Origin: Magnetospira sp.
Lineage (GTDB): Bacteria > Pseudomonadota > Alphaproteobacteria > Rhodospirillales > Magnetospiraceae
Reading direction: 5' to 3'
Length of the DNA stretch: 24,000 bases
NCBI GenBank assembly: GCA_028282245.1
Contig: JANQIL010000030.1
Span: 8,538-32,537 of the forward strand
Shown: piece after piece, positions 6,465 to 15,337 of the stretch
Numbering within the stretch: the first letter of the stretch is position 1
Layout of the letters: the number at the start of each line of letters is the position of its first letter
Translations under genes and position numbers: made by a program
The notes under the pieces: generated by a model
Database searches by the model: none
What the model was told of the DNA's origin: nothing
The model's input: the letters and a program-made list of their open reading frames with translations, nothing else

Positions 6465-7370
6465 ATGACTGTCCGCCGTCCCCTGATCGGTCTGCTGTCC
6501 GTCGCCATGGTCGCGCTTCCGGCCGTGGCGCAGACGCCGCGTTATCAGCCTTGGACCGATCCGAACCGCGACGCCACCGGCACGGCGGGCGAATTCGCAT
6601 CCCGATTGCGGACCCTGGTCGACGAGGCCGAGCGATCAAAGGCCGCCGATCCGCAGTTTCTGCGGGATCTGCGGGCGCTGGCCGACAGCTACGCCGGCGG
6701 CGGCCAGGCCACCACGCCAACTCCGGTGGCGAGGCTTGACGAGACGTTCGCCGACGGCGACTTCACGCGCGATCCGACGTGGACGGTGACGGCCGGCAAG
6801 TTCTGGATCGAATCCGGCTATGGCCTGCGCAGCGCGGTTGATCGCGCCGCCGCCACGCCGAAGACCGGCGACCTGACCGACGAGCAGAAGGCGCTGGCCA
6901 TTCTCGGCGCCGTGCTCGGAGCCCAAACCGGTGTTCCGGCGAGCGGCGCGTCGACCACGCCGACGGCCGAGATCCATGTCGGCACGCCGATCGACAACGC
7001 CTTCTCGATCCGCCTCGAACTGGCTTCCTGGCGGGCGGGCGGGCGTCTTGAGATCGGCCCCGGGCAGCGCGCCCACGGCGACGGCGGCTATCGGCTGTCC
7101 TACGACGGCGGTCGCTGGGAAATGCTGCGCGTGGGGACGCGCGGCAGCGAGGTGATCGATGTCGCGGTGACCCGGCGCACCATCGAGGACAACAGGATGC
7201 ATGACATCCATTGGACCCGCGACCGACGCGGCCGGATGTCCGTCGTCCTGGATGGCGCGGTCCTGCTGACCGCCCGCGACAACGGGTATCGCGACTCCTT
7301 CGACCGGCTGCTGCTGACCAACCGGGGCGGTGATTTCACCCTGCGCCGGGTGACCGTGGACGGACGATGA
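6465..7370 (+). CDS. Exported protein of unknown function (signal peptide; possible concanavalin-A/LamG-like beta-sandwich in the C-terminal half), 301 aa
   Basis: Signal peptide MTVRRPLIGLLSVAMVALPAVA-QT. The C-terminal half (FTRDPTWTVTAGKFWIESGYGLRS...FSIRLELAS...YRLSYDGGRWEMLRVG...HDIHWTRDRRGRMSVVLDGAVLLTARD...FTLRRVTVDG) resembles lectin/DUF1080-like jelly-roll proteins. The fold call is an inference only. Confidence 0.7.
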   Translation: MTVRRPLIGLLSVAMVALPAVAQTPRYQPWTDPNRDATGTAGEFASRLRTLVDEAERSKAADPQFLRDLRALADSYAGGGQATTPTPVARLDETFADGDFTRDPTWTVTAGKFWIESGYGLRSAVDRAAATPKTGDLTDEQKALAILGAVLGAQTGVPASGASTTPTAEIHVGTPIDNAFSIRLELASWRAGGRLEIGPGQRAHGDGGYRLSYDGGRWEMLRVGTRGSEVIDVAVTRRTIEDNRMHDIHWTRDRRGRMSVVLDGAVLLTARDNGYRDSFDRLLLTNRGGDFTLRRVTVDGR

Positions 7371-7388
7371 ACCGACGGACGGACGGTT

Positions 7389-7404
7389 GATCCGGCGCCG
7401 GATC
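7389..7404. repeat. Perfect 16-bp palindrome between convergent genes (possible bidirectional terminator stem or binding site)
   Basis: GATCCGGCGCCGGATC at 7389-7404 lies in the 78-bp gap between the stop of the exported-protein gene (7370) and the ccmI stop (7449). It is preceded by an (ACGG)3 run. No flanking U-tract was seen. Confidence 0.3.
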
Positions 7405-7448
7405 GGCCGGCAGGCACCCGCGAGCGACACCGGTTTTCGGGCTTCGGA

Positions 7449-8636
7449 TCACTGCTGGTCCAGAAGGCGGCGGATGCGCGCCTCGGCCGCCTCGGCCTTC
7501 CCGGTCTCGCCGAGAACCCGGTAGGCCCGCGCCAGACGCCGCCAGCCGGCGAGATCGTCCGGGTTGGCCTCGAGCCGCAGGGCGAGACCCTCGACCATGC
7601 CACGGATCATCGCCGTCCGCTCCTCGGGCGTCATCTCGGCGGCCTGCCGCATGTCCTCGCGGGTCGGCCCCGGGGAATCGGCGACCGGGTCCGGACGGGC
7701 CGACTCCGCCACCTCGCGGCCCAGCGCGATCGCGTCCTCGGTCGGAGCCACGGTGGCCGGATCGATCCCGGAATCCCCGGCGACGCGGCCGATCATCTGC
7801 TCCACGGCGTTCATCCAGGGGGCACCCTCCGGACCGATGGCGCGGATGTCGATCAGGTCCCGCAGGGCGCCCGCCAGATCGCCATTCTGGGCCTTGCGGT
7901 TGGCAAGATAGAAGCGCGGCTTGGGATGCGTCGGATCGGACGCCCGCCCGTCCCTCAGCAACCCGGCCGCCCGGTCGCCGACCCGGCCGCCGTCGGCGAT
8001 CACCAGGGCCTCGGCGAAATCGATTCCCACCACATGGCGGTCGTCGCCGTCGAGTCGCGTCCAGGCCTCCTCGAAGGCCGCCGCCGCGTCCGCGTAGCGC
8101 TTCATCGACAGGTAGGATCGGGCGAGCAGCAGCCAGCCGTCGGGATCGTCCGGCGACCGCCGCATCCGTTCGGCGAGGCGGTCAAGCATCGCTTCCATGC
8201 CCGGCGCCTGGGCGGGATCGCCGCCGTCCGCGACGGATGGTTGCGGCGCCGCCCGACGATCGGCGGCCGGGGCTCCCGGCTGCTCGGGCGAGCCCATGTC
8301 GAGGTACAGCAGAAAGGCGGCCAGCGGCATCACGCCGGCGATCCCGATGGCCAGCACCCGCCCGCCGCCGCCCTGGGCGTTCTCCGGCGATCCGTCCGAC
8401 CGGTCGGCCAGGGCGAGGATGCGGCGCTGGATTTCGGTGCGCAGGGCGTCGGCCTGCTCGGCGCTCACCAGCCCGCGCTCCAGATCACGGTCGATGTCGT
8501 TGATCTGGTCGCGAAAGACGGTCAGATCATAGTCGGCGCGCTCCGCCCCGGGGGCGCGACGGCGCAACAACGGCGGCAGGACGAGTCCCAGAACGAGAAC
8601 GGTCAGGGCGCCGATCGCGAGCCACAGGCTGGTCAC
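7449..8636 (-). CDS. ccmI: Cytochrome c-type biogenesis protein CcmI (CycH), TPR-containing, 395 aa
   Basis: The track ORF 7449..8795 was trimmed to GTG 8636-8634, which overlaps the ccmH stop (GTGA). VTSLWLAIGALTVLVLGLVLPPLLRRR... forms TM1, a second TM follows (VLAIGIAGVMPLAAFLLYL), and the periplasmic part is TPR-like (WLLLARSYLSMKRYADAAAAFEEA..., WRRLARAYRVLGETGKAEAA). It is the last gene of the ccm cluster. Confidence 0.85.
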   Translation of the reverse strand: MTSLWLAIGALTVLVLGLVLPPLLRRRAPGAERADYDLTVFRDQINDIDRDLERGLVSAEQADALRTEIQRRILALADRSDGSPENAQGGGGRVLAIGIAGVMPLAAFLLYLDMGSPEQPGAPAADRRAAPQPSVADGGDPAQAPGMEAMLDRLAERMRRSPDDPDGWLLLARSYLSMKRYADAAAAFEEAWTRLDGDDRHVVGIDFAEALVIADGGRVGDRAAGLLRDGRASDPTHPKPRFYLANRKAQNGDLAGALRDLIDIRAIGPEGAPWMNAVEQMIGRVAGDSGIDPATVAPTEDAIALGREVAESARPDPVADSPGPTREDMRQAAEMTPEERTAMIRGMVEGLALRLEANPDDLAGWRRLARAYRVLGETGKAEAAEARIRRLLDQQ

Positions 8637-9121
8637 CGGTCGCCATCCTCCAGAATTTTCTCCAGGCGCCGCCGCTCGGCGTCGCTGAGAGCGGGGTCCA
8701 CGGCGCCGGTCGGCCCCGCGCCGGCGGCGCGATGGCGATAGAACGCGAACATGCCGATCAGGCCGATCACCATCAGAATCACCGGCCCGGCCCATAGCAG
8801 CAGGGTCTGCGGCTTGACCGGCGGCTTCAGCAACACGTAATCGCCGTAGCGCGACACCACGTAGTCCACCACCTCGCGGTCGTCGTCGCCGGTTTTCAGG
8901 CGGTCGCGCACCAGCACCCGCATGTCGCTGGCCAGTTCGGCGTTGGAATCCTCAATGGACTCGTTCTGGCAGACCAGGCAGCGCAACTCCCTGCCGATCT
9001 CCTGAGCCCGCTTCTCCAGCGCCGGATCCTCCAGCATCTCGGACGGATCGGCGCCGCCGGCCGGCGGCGCGGCCAAGGCGAACGCCAGAACTAGCGCGAA
9101 AACGGCGGCATGCCGGGTCAT
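8633..9121 (-). CDS. ccmH: Cytochrome c-type biogenesis protein CcmH (CycL), 162 aa
   Basis: A signal peptide is followed by the diagnostic LRCLVCQNESIEDSNAELA motif, a C-terminal TM helix and a charged tail. Its start overlaps the ccmG stop (ATGA at 9118-9121). Confidence 0.9.
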   Translation of the reverse strand: MTRHAAVFALVLAFALAAPPAGGADPSEMLEDPALEKRAQEIGRELRCLVCQNESIEDSNAELASDMRVLVRDRLKTGDDDREVVDYVVSRYGDYVLLKPPVKPQTLLLWAGPVILMVIGLIGMFAFYRHRAAGAGPTGAVDPALSDAERRRLEKILEDGDR

Positions 9122-9660
9122 GGCGTCCTCAATTCCTCGATCAGGGGTCGGATGGTCCGGGTCCAGACCTCCGGGGTAAGCGGGCCGATGTGCTTATAGC
9201 GGATGATGCCCCTTTGATCGACGATGAAGCTTTCCGGAGCCCCGGTGACCCCGAACGCGATCGCCGCCTTGGAGTCCGGGTCGTCGCCGACCCGCGTGTA
9301 GGGGTCGCCGAACCGGGCCAGCCAGGCGGGACCGGCGTCGCGGTCCTTTTCGCGCCAGTCGATGCCGTAGATGGGAACCTCGCGGCTGGCCTTGATGTCG
9401 ACCAAGAACCCGTGCTCGGCCCGACAAGCGATGCACCACGACCCGAAGATGTTGACCAGGGTCACCTGGCCCAGCAGGTCGGCCGACGCGAACCCCTCGG
9501 TCCGGCCCTTGATCGGCGGCAGATCGAACGGCGGCACCTCCTGATTGATCAGCACCGAGTCGATGCGGTGCGGATCCTTGCCCAGCTGCGACCAGAACAG
9601 GCCACCCAGGCCGAGCACCATGATCAATGGCAGCAAATAGATCCAGCGTTGCACGGGCAT
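9118..9660 (-). CDS. ccmG: Thiol:disulfide oxidoreductase CcmG/DsbE, 180 aa
   Basis: An N-terminal anchor (WIYLLPLIMVLGLGGLFW) is followed by a thioredoxin fold with VTLVNIFGSWCIACRAEH and GVTGAPESFIVDQRGIIRYKHIGPL. Confidence 0.9.
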   Translation of the reverse strand: MPVQRWIYLLPLIMVLGLGGLFWSQLGKDPHRIDSVLINQEVPPFDLPPIKGRTEGFASADLLGQVTLVNIFGSWCIACRAEHGFLVDIKASREVPIYGIDWREKDRDAGPAWLARFGDPYTRVGDDPDSKAAIAFGVTGAPESFIVDQRGIIRYKHIGPLTPEVWTRTIRPLIEELRTP

Positions 9661-9673
9661 CGTCCTCCGTCGC

Positions 9674-11635
9674 CTATTCCGCCGGCTGGGCGGCGGCGCG
9701 CAGACGGCTGCGCCTCGGGGCTCCGATCCGGTACCGCCGATCGGTCAGGCTCAACGTGCCGCCGGCGACCATGATCAGGCAACCGACCCACATCCAGGGC
9801 ACCAGCGGATTCCAGTAGAGACGGACCACGTGGCCGTCGCCCTGTGGGTCGCCGATCACCGCGTAGAGATCGCCGGCCAGCATGCTGTGGATCGCCGCCT
9901 CGCTGGTCGGCCGGCCCTCCACCGGATAAATCCGCTTCTCCGGGGTCAGGACGACCACCTCGTCGCCGTCGCGGCGCGCCGTGAAGGTGCCCCGGGTGGC
10001 CTCGTAGTTGGGGCCGGGTCGGCTGTCCACGCCGTCCAGGGTGAGATCGAACCCGCCAATGGACGCGGTCTCGCCCGTTCGCATGACGAGGACCCGTTCC
10101 TGTTCCCACAATCCGGCCCCGGTCATTCCGGCGATGGCCACCGCGAGACCCAGGTGGGCCAGGGTCATGCCCCAGGCGCTGCGCGGGGTATGGGCCATGC
10201 GCTTGGGGCTGAGACGGGTGCGACCGACGAATTCGGCCAGGGTACCGCCGGCCAGCCACACCGCGAGCCCGATACCGACCATGGACATGACCAGGTATTC
10301 GCCCACCATGACTCCGGTCAGCGCCGCCGCGCCCAGGGTCATGGCGGCGACGAACCACAGGCGCTTCAGGGCCGGCATGAGATCGGCCCGCTTCCAGGAC
10401 AGCAGGGGTCCGATCCCCATGGCCACGATCATCGGCACCATCAGCGGCACGAACACCGAATTGAAGAACGGCGGCCCCACCGAGACCTTGTAGTCGAAGG
10501 CCTGGGCCAGCAGCGGGAACAGGGTGCCGAGCAGCACCGTGGCGGTGCCCACCGACATCAAGAGGTTGTTGAACAGCAGGCTGCCCTCGCGCGAGATCGG
10601 CTGGAACAGGCCACCCGCCTTCATGCTCGGGCCGCGCCAGGCGAACAGGGCCAGGGAGCCGGCGATGGTGATCAGCAGCAGCGCGAGGATGAAAACGCCG
10701 CGCGTCGGATCGGTGGCGAAGGCGTGCACCGACGACAAGACCCCGGAGCGGACCAGGAAGGTGCCGAGCAGGCTCAGCCCGAAGGTGACGATGGCCAGGA
10801 AAACGGTCCACGCCTTCAGGCCGTCGCGCTTCTCGACCACCAGGGCCGAATGCAGAAGGGCGGTACCGGCCAGCCAGGGCATGAACGAGGCGTTCTCAAC
10901 CGGGTCCCAGTACCACCAGCCACCCCAGCCCAACTCGTAGTAGGCCCACCAGGAGCCGAGCGCGATGCCGACGGTCAGGAAGCACCACGCGGCCAGGGTC
11001 CAGGGTCGCACCCAGCGCGCCCAGGCGGCGTCCACCCGGCCCTCGATCAGTGCCGCGATGGCGAACGAGAAGGCCATCGAGAAGCCCACGTAGCCTAGGT
11101 AGAGAAACGGCGGATGGAAGGCCAGCCCCGGGTCCTGAAGCAGCGGGTTGAGGCCGCGCCCGTTGAGGGGCACCATCTCGGCCGGAATGCGCTCGAACGG
11201 GTTGGAGGTGAACAGGACGAACAGCAGGAAGCCGACCGCCACCATCGCCTGCACGGCGAGGGCGCGCGCCTTCAGGCCGGGCGGCAGGTTGCGCCCGAAC
11301 ATCCCCACGGCGCCACCGAACAGGGCGAGGATCAGCACCCACAGCAGCATGGAGCCCTCGTGGTTGCCCCACACGCCGCTGACCTTGTAGAGCATCGGCT
11401 TGTCGGTGTGCGAATTGGCGGCCACGTTGAGGACCGAGAAATCGGACGTCACGTAGGCGTGGGTCAGGGCGGCGAAGGACACCCCGACCAGGAACAATTG
11501 GCCGATCGAGGCCGGCGCCGCGAAATCCATCCACGCCGTGTTGCCGCGCTGCGCGCCCACCATCGGCACCACCGACTGCGCGATCGCGACGCAGAGCGCC
11601 AGAATAAGGGCGAAATGGCCGATTTCGGTGATCAT
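9674..11635 (-). CDS. ccmF: Cytochrome c heme lyase subunit CcmF, 653 aa
   Basis: MITEIGHFALILALCVA... is polytopic and carries the WWD motif WGGWWYWDPVENASFMPWL plus the conserved His residues typical of CcmF. Confidence 0.95.
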   Translation of the reverse strand: MITEIGHFALILALCVAIAQSVVPMVGAQRGNTAWMDFAAPASIGQLFLVGVSFAALTHAYVTSDFSVLNVAANSHTDKPMLYKVSGVWGNHEGSMLLWVLILALFGGAVGMFGRNLPPGLKARALAVQAMVAVGFLLFVLFTSNPFERIPAEMVPLNGRGLNPLLQDPGLAFHPPFLYLGYVGFSMAFSFAIAALIEGRVDAAWARWVRPWTLAAWCFLTVGIALGSWWAYYELGWGGWWYWDPVENASFMPWLAGTALLHSALVVEKRDGLKAWTVFLAIVTFGLSLLGTFLVRSGVLSSVHAFATDPTRGVFILALLLITIAGSLALFAWRGPSMKAGGLFQPISREGSLLFNNLLMSVGTATVLLGTLFPLLAQAFDYKVSVGPPFFNSVFVPLMVPMIVAMGIGPLLSWKRADLMPALKRLWFVAAMTLGAAALTGVMVGEYLVMSMVGIGLAVWLAGGTLAEFVGRTRLSPKRMAHTPRSAWGMTLAHLGLAVAIAGMTGAGLWEQERVLVMRTGETASIGGFDLTLDGVDSRPGPNYEATRGTFTARRDGDEVVVLTPEKRIYPVEGRPTSEAAIHSMLAGDLYAVIGDPQGDGHVVRLYWNPLVPWMWVGCLIMVAGGTLSLTDRRYRIGAPRRSRLRAAAQPAE

Positions 11636-11660
11636 GGGGCGTGGTCCCGCTCCGTCGGGG

Positions 11661-12140
11661 TCAGTTGGCGGGCATCGCCGACGGGTCGCCTTGGGTCATG
11701 GCGCCCTTGAACTCCTCCCATTTGCCGGACTCCTTGAGGGCATCGGCCACCTCCGGCGGCATGTAATTCTCGTCATGCTTGGCCAGCACCTCGTCGGCCC
11801 GGAACACGCCGTCTATCAGCCGCCCCTCGGCGACCACGCCCTGTCCCTCCCGGAACAGGTCGGGCAGGATGCCCTCGTAGACCACCGGCGTGCTGTGCAC
11901 CATATCGGTCACCTTGAACCGGACAAAACCCGAATTATCGGTGCGCGCCACGCTGTTCTCCTCGACAAGACCGCCCAGGCGCAGCCGGCGGTCCGGCGGC
12001 ACGTCCTGCTCGATCATTTGGGTCGGGCTATAGAAGAAAACAATGCTGTCCTCGAAGGCCGTCAGGATCAGAGCCGTCGCGACGCCCAGGGCGAGCAGGC
12101 CGATGGCGACGAAGGTCAGGCGCTTGTGCTTACGCTTCAC
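11661..12140 (-). CDS. ccmE: Heme chaperone CcmE, 159 aa
   Basis: MKRKHKRLTFVAIGLLALG anchor, then FFYSPTQM...LRLGGLV...V.F.VTD... and the heme-binding histidine context VLAKHDENYMPPEV. Confidence 0.95.
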   Translation of the reverse strand: MKRKHKRLTFVAIGLLALGVATALILTAFEDSIVFFYSPTQMIEQDVPPDRRLRLGGLVEENSVARTDNSGFVRFKVTDMVHSTPVVYEGILPDLFREGQGVVAEGRLIDGVFRADEVLAKHDENYMPPEVADALKESGKWEEFKGAMTQGDPSAMPAN

Positions 12141-12324
12141 CGTCGGGCTCCCGTTCGAGTTGAATGGTCCGGAGGAGGTTGTCGAGCGCCGCTTCCTCGC
12201 CGCGCAGGCTGCGCAGGCTGTGGATAAACGCCCCGATCAACACCGCGAAGGCAATTCCGTAGACCGGCCAGACGTAGGCGGCGTAGCCACCCATGTCCAG
12301 CCATTCGCCGATCGATCCCTGCAT
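12130..12324 (-). CDS. ccmD: Heme exporter protein CcmD, 64 aa
   Basis: MQGSIGEWLDMGGYAAYVWPVYGIAFAVLIG... aligns with E. coli CcmD (...WNEFFAMGGYAFFVWLAV...). It lies between ccmC and ccmE and overlaps the ccmE start by 11 nt. Confidence 0.75.
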   Translation of the reverse strand: MQGSIGEWLDMGGYAAYVWPVYGIAFAVLIGAFIHSLRSLRGEEAALDNLLRTIQLEREPDGEA

Positions 12325-12362
12325 GGATTGGTTCTCCGTGGGGCCGGTTCACGCCGCGCCGT

Positions 12363-13088
12363 TCACACGGCGCCGTGCGCCTGGCGCAGACGTAGCGCGC
12401 GCACCTTGCCGGCCGTGACCTCGGCACGCATTCTCAGAAGCAAAACATAGATGTAGTAGGCCTTGAAGGCGAATGCCATCAGGAGCAGCGGCACCATCAT
12501 GGAGGCGTCGATGGCCGGGCCGCCCATCTTCACAACGCTGGCCGGCTGATGCATGGTGGTCCACCAGTCGACCGAGAACTTGATGATCGGCACGTTGATG
12601 AGGCCGACCAGCGCCAGCACGGCGCCCGCCTTGAGGCCGCGTTTCGGGTCGTCGAAGGCGTGGATCAGGGCAATGTAACCGAGATACAGGAACAGCAGCA
12701 CCAGCTCGGCGGTCAACCGGGCATCCCAGACCCACCACTTGCCCCACATGGGCTTGCCCCAGAAGGCGCCGCTGATCAGGGTGACGATCGTGAAGGCGGC
12801 GCCAATGGGCGCCGAGCCTTTGGCCGCCACGTCGGCCACCGGATGTTTCCAGATCAGCCCGACCCCGGCCGAAATCGCCATCACCACGTAACAGAACAAG
12901 GACATCCAGGCGGCCGGCACGTGCACGTACATGATCCGCACCGTCTCGCCCTGCTGATAGTCCGGCGGCGAGTCGAAGAGAGCGAACCACAGCCCGGCGA
13001 TACCGAGCAACAGGGTCAGGCCCCCGGCCCAGGGCAGCAGCATTCGCGAAAGTTTCATGAATCTGCTGGGATTGGCGTACCTGAACAT
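12363..13088 (-). CDS. ccmC: Heme exporter protein CcmC, 241 aa
   Basis: The start was set at ATG 13088-13086 (MFRYANPSRFMKLSRMLLPW), matching the Rhodobacter HelC N-terminus as I recall it (MSIWEYANPVKFM...). The WWD motif is WGKPMWGKWWVWDARLT. Confidence 0.9.
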   Translation of the reverse strand: MFRYANPSRFMKLSRMLLPWAGGLTLLLGIAGLWFALFDSPPDYQQGETVRIMYVHVPAAWMSLFCYVVMAISAGVGLIWKHPVADVAAKGSAPIGAAFTIVTLISGAFWGKPMWGKWWVWDARLTAELVLLFLYLGYIALIHAFDDPKRGLKAGAVLALVGLINVPIIKFSVDWWTTMHQPASVVKMGGPAIDASMMVPLLLMAFAFKAYYIYVLLLRMRAEVTAGKVRALRLRQAHGAV

Positions 13089-13203
13089 CGTCCCCAAGAT
13101 CCGAAATGGCTAGGCGTTGTCTCGTCATAGCCTGTCTGGCCGCCCGTTTCCAGCCCCCAACGAGACCACGCTATGGCCGGCCTGTGGCAAAAAAAAGGCG
13201 GCC

Positions 13204-13869
13204 CTATTCGAGCGCCTGGCGGAGCGCCGCGGCGGCCGCGAAGGGCGCCAACGGCAGCGCCACCGCCAGGATCCCGGACAGCACCAGCACGTGGGTCCTG
13301 GCCGGGAACCCGCCGATCACCGCGTCCACGGCGCCGACCCCGAAGATCAGCACCGGGATGTAGAGCGGCAGCACCAGCAGCGACAACAGCACCCCGCCGC
13401 GCCGGGCGCCCAGGATCAGCGCCGCGCCGATGGCGCCGATCAGGCTGAGGGTCGGGGTTCCGAGCAGAAGCGTCGCGATCAGCACCTGGAAGCCTTCGGA
13501 CGGAAGGTTGAGCAGGATCGCCAGCAGGGGCGTGGCGATCAGCAACGGCAGACCGGTGGTCAGCCAATGGGCCAGGATCTTGGCCGCGACCACGAATTCC
13601 AGCGGCGGTGGCGCGGTGGCCAGCAATTCCAGCGACCCGTCCTCGTAGTCGGCCAGGAACAACCGTTCCAGGGCCAACATCGAGGCCAACAGCGCGGCGA
13701 CCCAGATCACGCCCGGCGCGATGCGGGCCAGGATATTGGGCTCCGGGCCAACCCCGAACGGGAACAGGACGCAGGTCAGAACGAAGAACATGACCACCAT
13801 CGTGGAGTCCGATCCCTGGCGCAGGGCCAGTCGGAGGTCGCGGCGGACGATGGCGGCGAATCCGGTCAT
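13204..13869 (-). CDS. ccmB: Heme exporter permease CcmB, 221 aa
   Basis: The track ORF 13204..14058 was trimmed to ATG 13869-13867, which overlaps the ccmA stop (ATGA). MTGFAAIVRRDLRLALRQGSDSTMVVMFFVLTCVLFPFGVGPEP... is typical of CcmB. Confidence 0.9.
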   Translation of the reverse strand: MTGFAAIVRRDLRLALRQGSDSTMVVMFFVLTCVLFPFGVGPEPNILARIAPGVIWVAALLASMLALERLFLADYEDGSLELLATAPPPLEFVVAAKILAHWLTTGLPLLIATPLLAILLNLPSEGFQVLIATLLLGTPTLSLIGAIGAALILGARRGGVLLSLLVLPLYIPVLIFGVGAVDAVIGGFPARTHVLVLSGILAVALPLAPFAAAAALRQALE

Positions 13870-14519
13870 ATGGCGACACCCGGCGCCGGGCCGGGCGGAA
13901 AATCGGCCAGATCGAGAATCGTCGGGTCGTCCAGGCCCAGATCCTGGTGAGTGGAGACGACCACCAGGCCACCGGCCGCGCGGTGCGCCGCGATGGCGTC
14001 GTTGAGGCGGCCCACCGAGGCGCGGTCCAGCGCCGTGGCCGGCTCGTCGAGCAGCCACAGCGGCGCCGGGACGGCGACGACCCTGGCCAGATTCACCCGC
14101 CGTTTCTGGCCGGCCGACAGGAATCGCCCCGGCACGTCGCGCAGATGCCCCACGTCGAGGCTGTGGAGCGCCCTTTCCAGACGATCCTCCGATGTCGCCG
14201 CGGATCCATGCAGGCGGGCCCAGAAGGCCAGGTTCTCGGCCACCGTGAGGATCGGCTTCACGCAGTCGTGGTGGCCCACGTAGTGCAACCGGGCGTGGTG
14301 CTCGTCCGGCTCGTCGGTTACCGCTTCGCCATCCCAGGTCAGGGTGCCGGCGGCCGGCCCGAGCAGCCCGGCCAGCATCCGCAGGAGGCTCGATTTGCCC
14401 GACCCGTTGGGTCCCACCAGGACCAGAGCGCCGCCGCCCGCGACCGTGAAATCGAGGTCGCGGAACACCAGATTCTCGCCGCGCAGGCAGGTCAAGCCGC
14501 TGCCGGAAAAGGTCGCCAT
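13866..14519 (-). CDS. ccmA: Heme exporter ATP-binding protein CcmA, 217 aa
   Basis: Walker A is GPNGSGKSSLLRMLAGL, the signature is LSAGQKRRVNLAR, and Walker B is LWLLDEP. The start was taken as ATG 14519-14517, which has GGAG 5 nt upstream; GTG 14525 is the alternative. Confidence 0.9.
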   Translation of the reverse strand: MATFSGSGLTCLRGENLVFRDLDFTVAGGGALVLVGPNGSGKSSLLRMLAGLLGPAAGTLTWDGEAVTDEPDEHHARLHYVGHHDCVKPILTVAENLAFWARLHGSAATSEDRLERALHSLDVGHLRDVPGRFLSAGQKRRVNLARVVAVPAPLWLLDEPATALDRASVGRLNDAIAAHRAAGGLVVVSTHQDLGLDDPTILDLADFPPGPAPGVAI

Positions 14520-14584
14520 GGGCACTCCGAACGGAAAACGGCGTCAGCTATAGCAAACGCCCGCCATCGCGCCCAACCGAAAAG

Positions 14585-15259
14585 TCAGTTCCCGGGCCGC
14601 CGCTTGATCCAGGCCCGCTCGTCGATCTCAAGAGCGACGGTCACGGCGACGTGCAGTTCCATGTGGTCGGGTGCCTTGCCGTCGGACAGCGTCCGCGCCG
14701 TCGCCGCCGCCAGGGCGTGGCGCAGCATCGTCGCCCGCATCAGGCGGTCCGGGTCGGCCGGGATCGGCAGCGAATGATCCCGGGTCTCGGCGGAGGCGTC
14801 GCAGGCCGCGAGATCGGTGCTGGTGTAGCCCCGGCAGGCCAGGGGGCGCGCCGGGTAGATCGCGCAGGACTCCCCGGCGTCGAGGAACGCGCAGGGGATC
14901 TGCGCCTCCCAGCGCGGACCGGGATCGAGGTCGGCGACCCGGGCGGCGGTATGGGCGATCCGGTCGCGCAGGATGGCGAGGTCGGTGTCCGAAAGGCCGG
15001 TCCGCAGGTGGCGGGCGATGGCGAAGCCTTCCGCCGGCTCGACCCCCACGTGCGCCCGGCAACAGCCGCCGCAGCCGGCCTTGCAGGCCAGGTGGTCGGA
15101 CGGCAGGTCGCGGACGTTGGCTTCGTAAATCCGATGCGCCTCGCCGGCCGCCTCCGAGAGCGGAGCGCGCCTCGGCGCCGCGCGCACGCGAGCCCGAATC
15201 CGGCGGGTCAGCCAGGGCACCACTTCGTCGAGGGTCAGGTCGGCGCCGTGCGCGGACAT
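14585..15259 (-). CDS. YkgJ-family cysteine-cluster protein (putative Zn/Fe-binding CxxCxxCC protein), 224 aa
   Basis: CKAGCGGCC (CxxCxxCC) near residue 60, then a second half-cluster CAFLDAGESCAIYPARPLACRGY. This is the arrangement I associate with the UPF0153/YkgJ family. Confidence 0.8.
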   Translation of the reverse strand: MSAHGADLTLDEVVPWLTRRIRARVRAAPRRAPLSEAAGEAHRIYEANVRDLPSDHLACKAGCGGCCRAHVGVEPAEGFAIARHLRTGLSDTDLAILRDRIAHTAARVADLDPGPRWEAQIPCAFLDAGESCAIYPARPLACRGYTSTDLAACDASAETRDHSLPIPADPDRLMRATMLRHALAAATARTLSDGKAPDHMELHVAVTVALEIDERAWIKRRPGN

Positions 15260-15337
15260 CGGCGGAAGGCTCCGTTCGATCTGCTCGTAGCATGCGGGCC
15301 GGACCGGGCGTTCGGCAAGGGGGATTGCGGTTCGGCG

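Noticed and set aside
9430-9450. The CcmG active site reads WCIAC, with no proline in the CxxC dipeptide
   Set aside because: The CxxC dipeptide of CcmG/DsbE is variable between species (E. coli has CPTC, as I recall). Both cysteines and the surrounding thioredoxin motifs are intact, so this is within normal variation.
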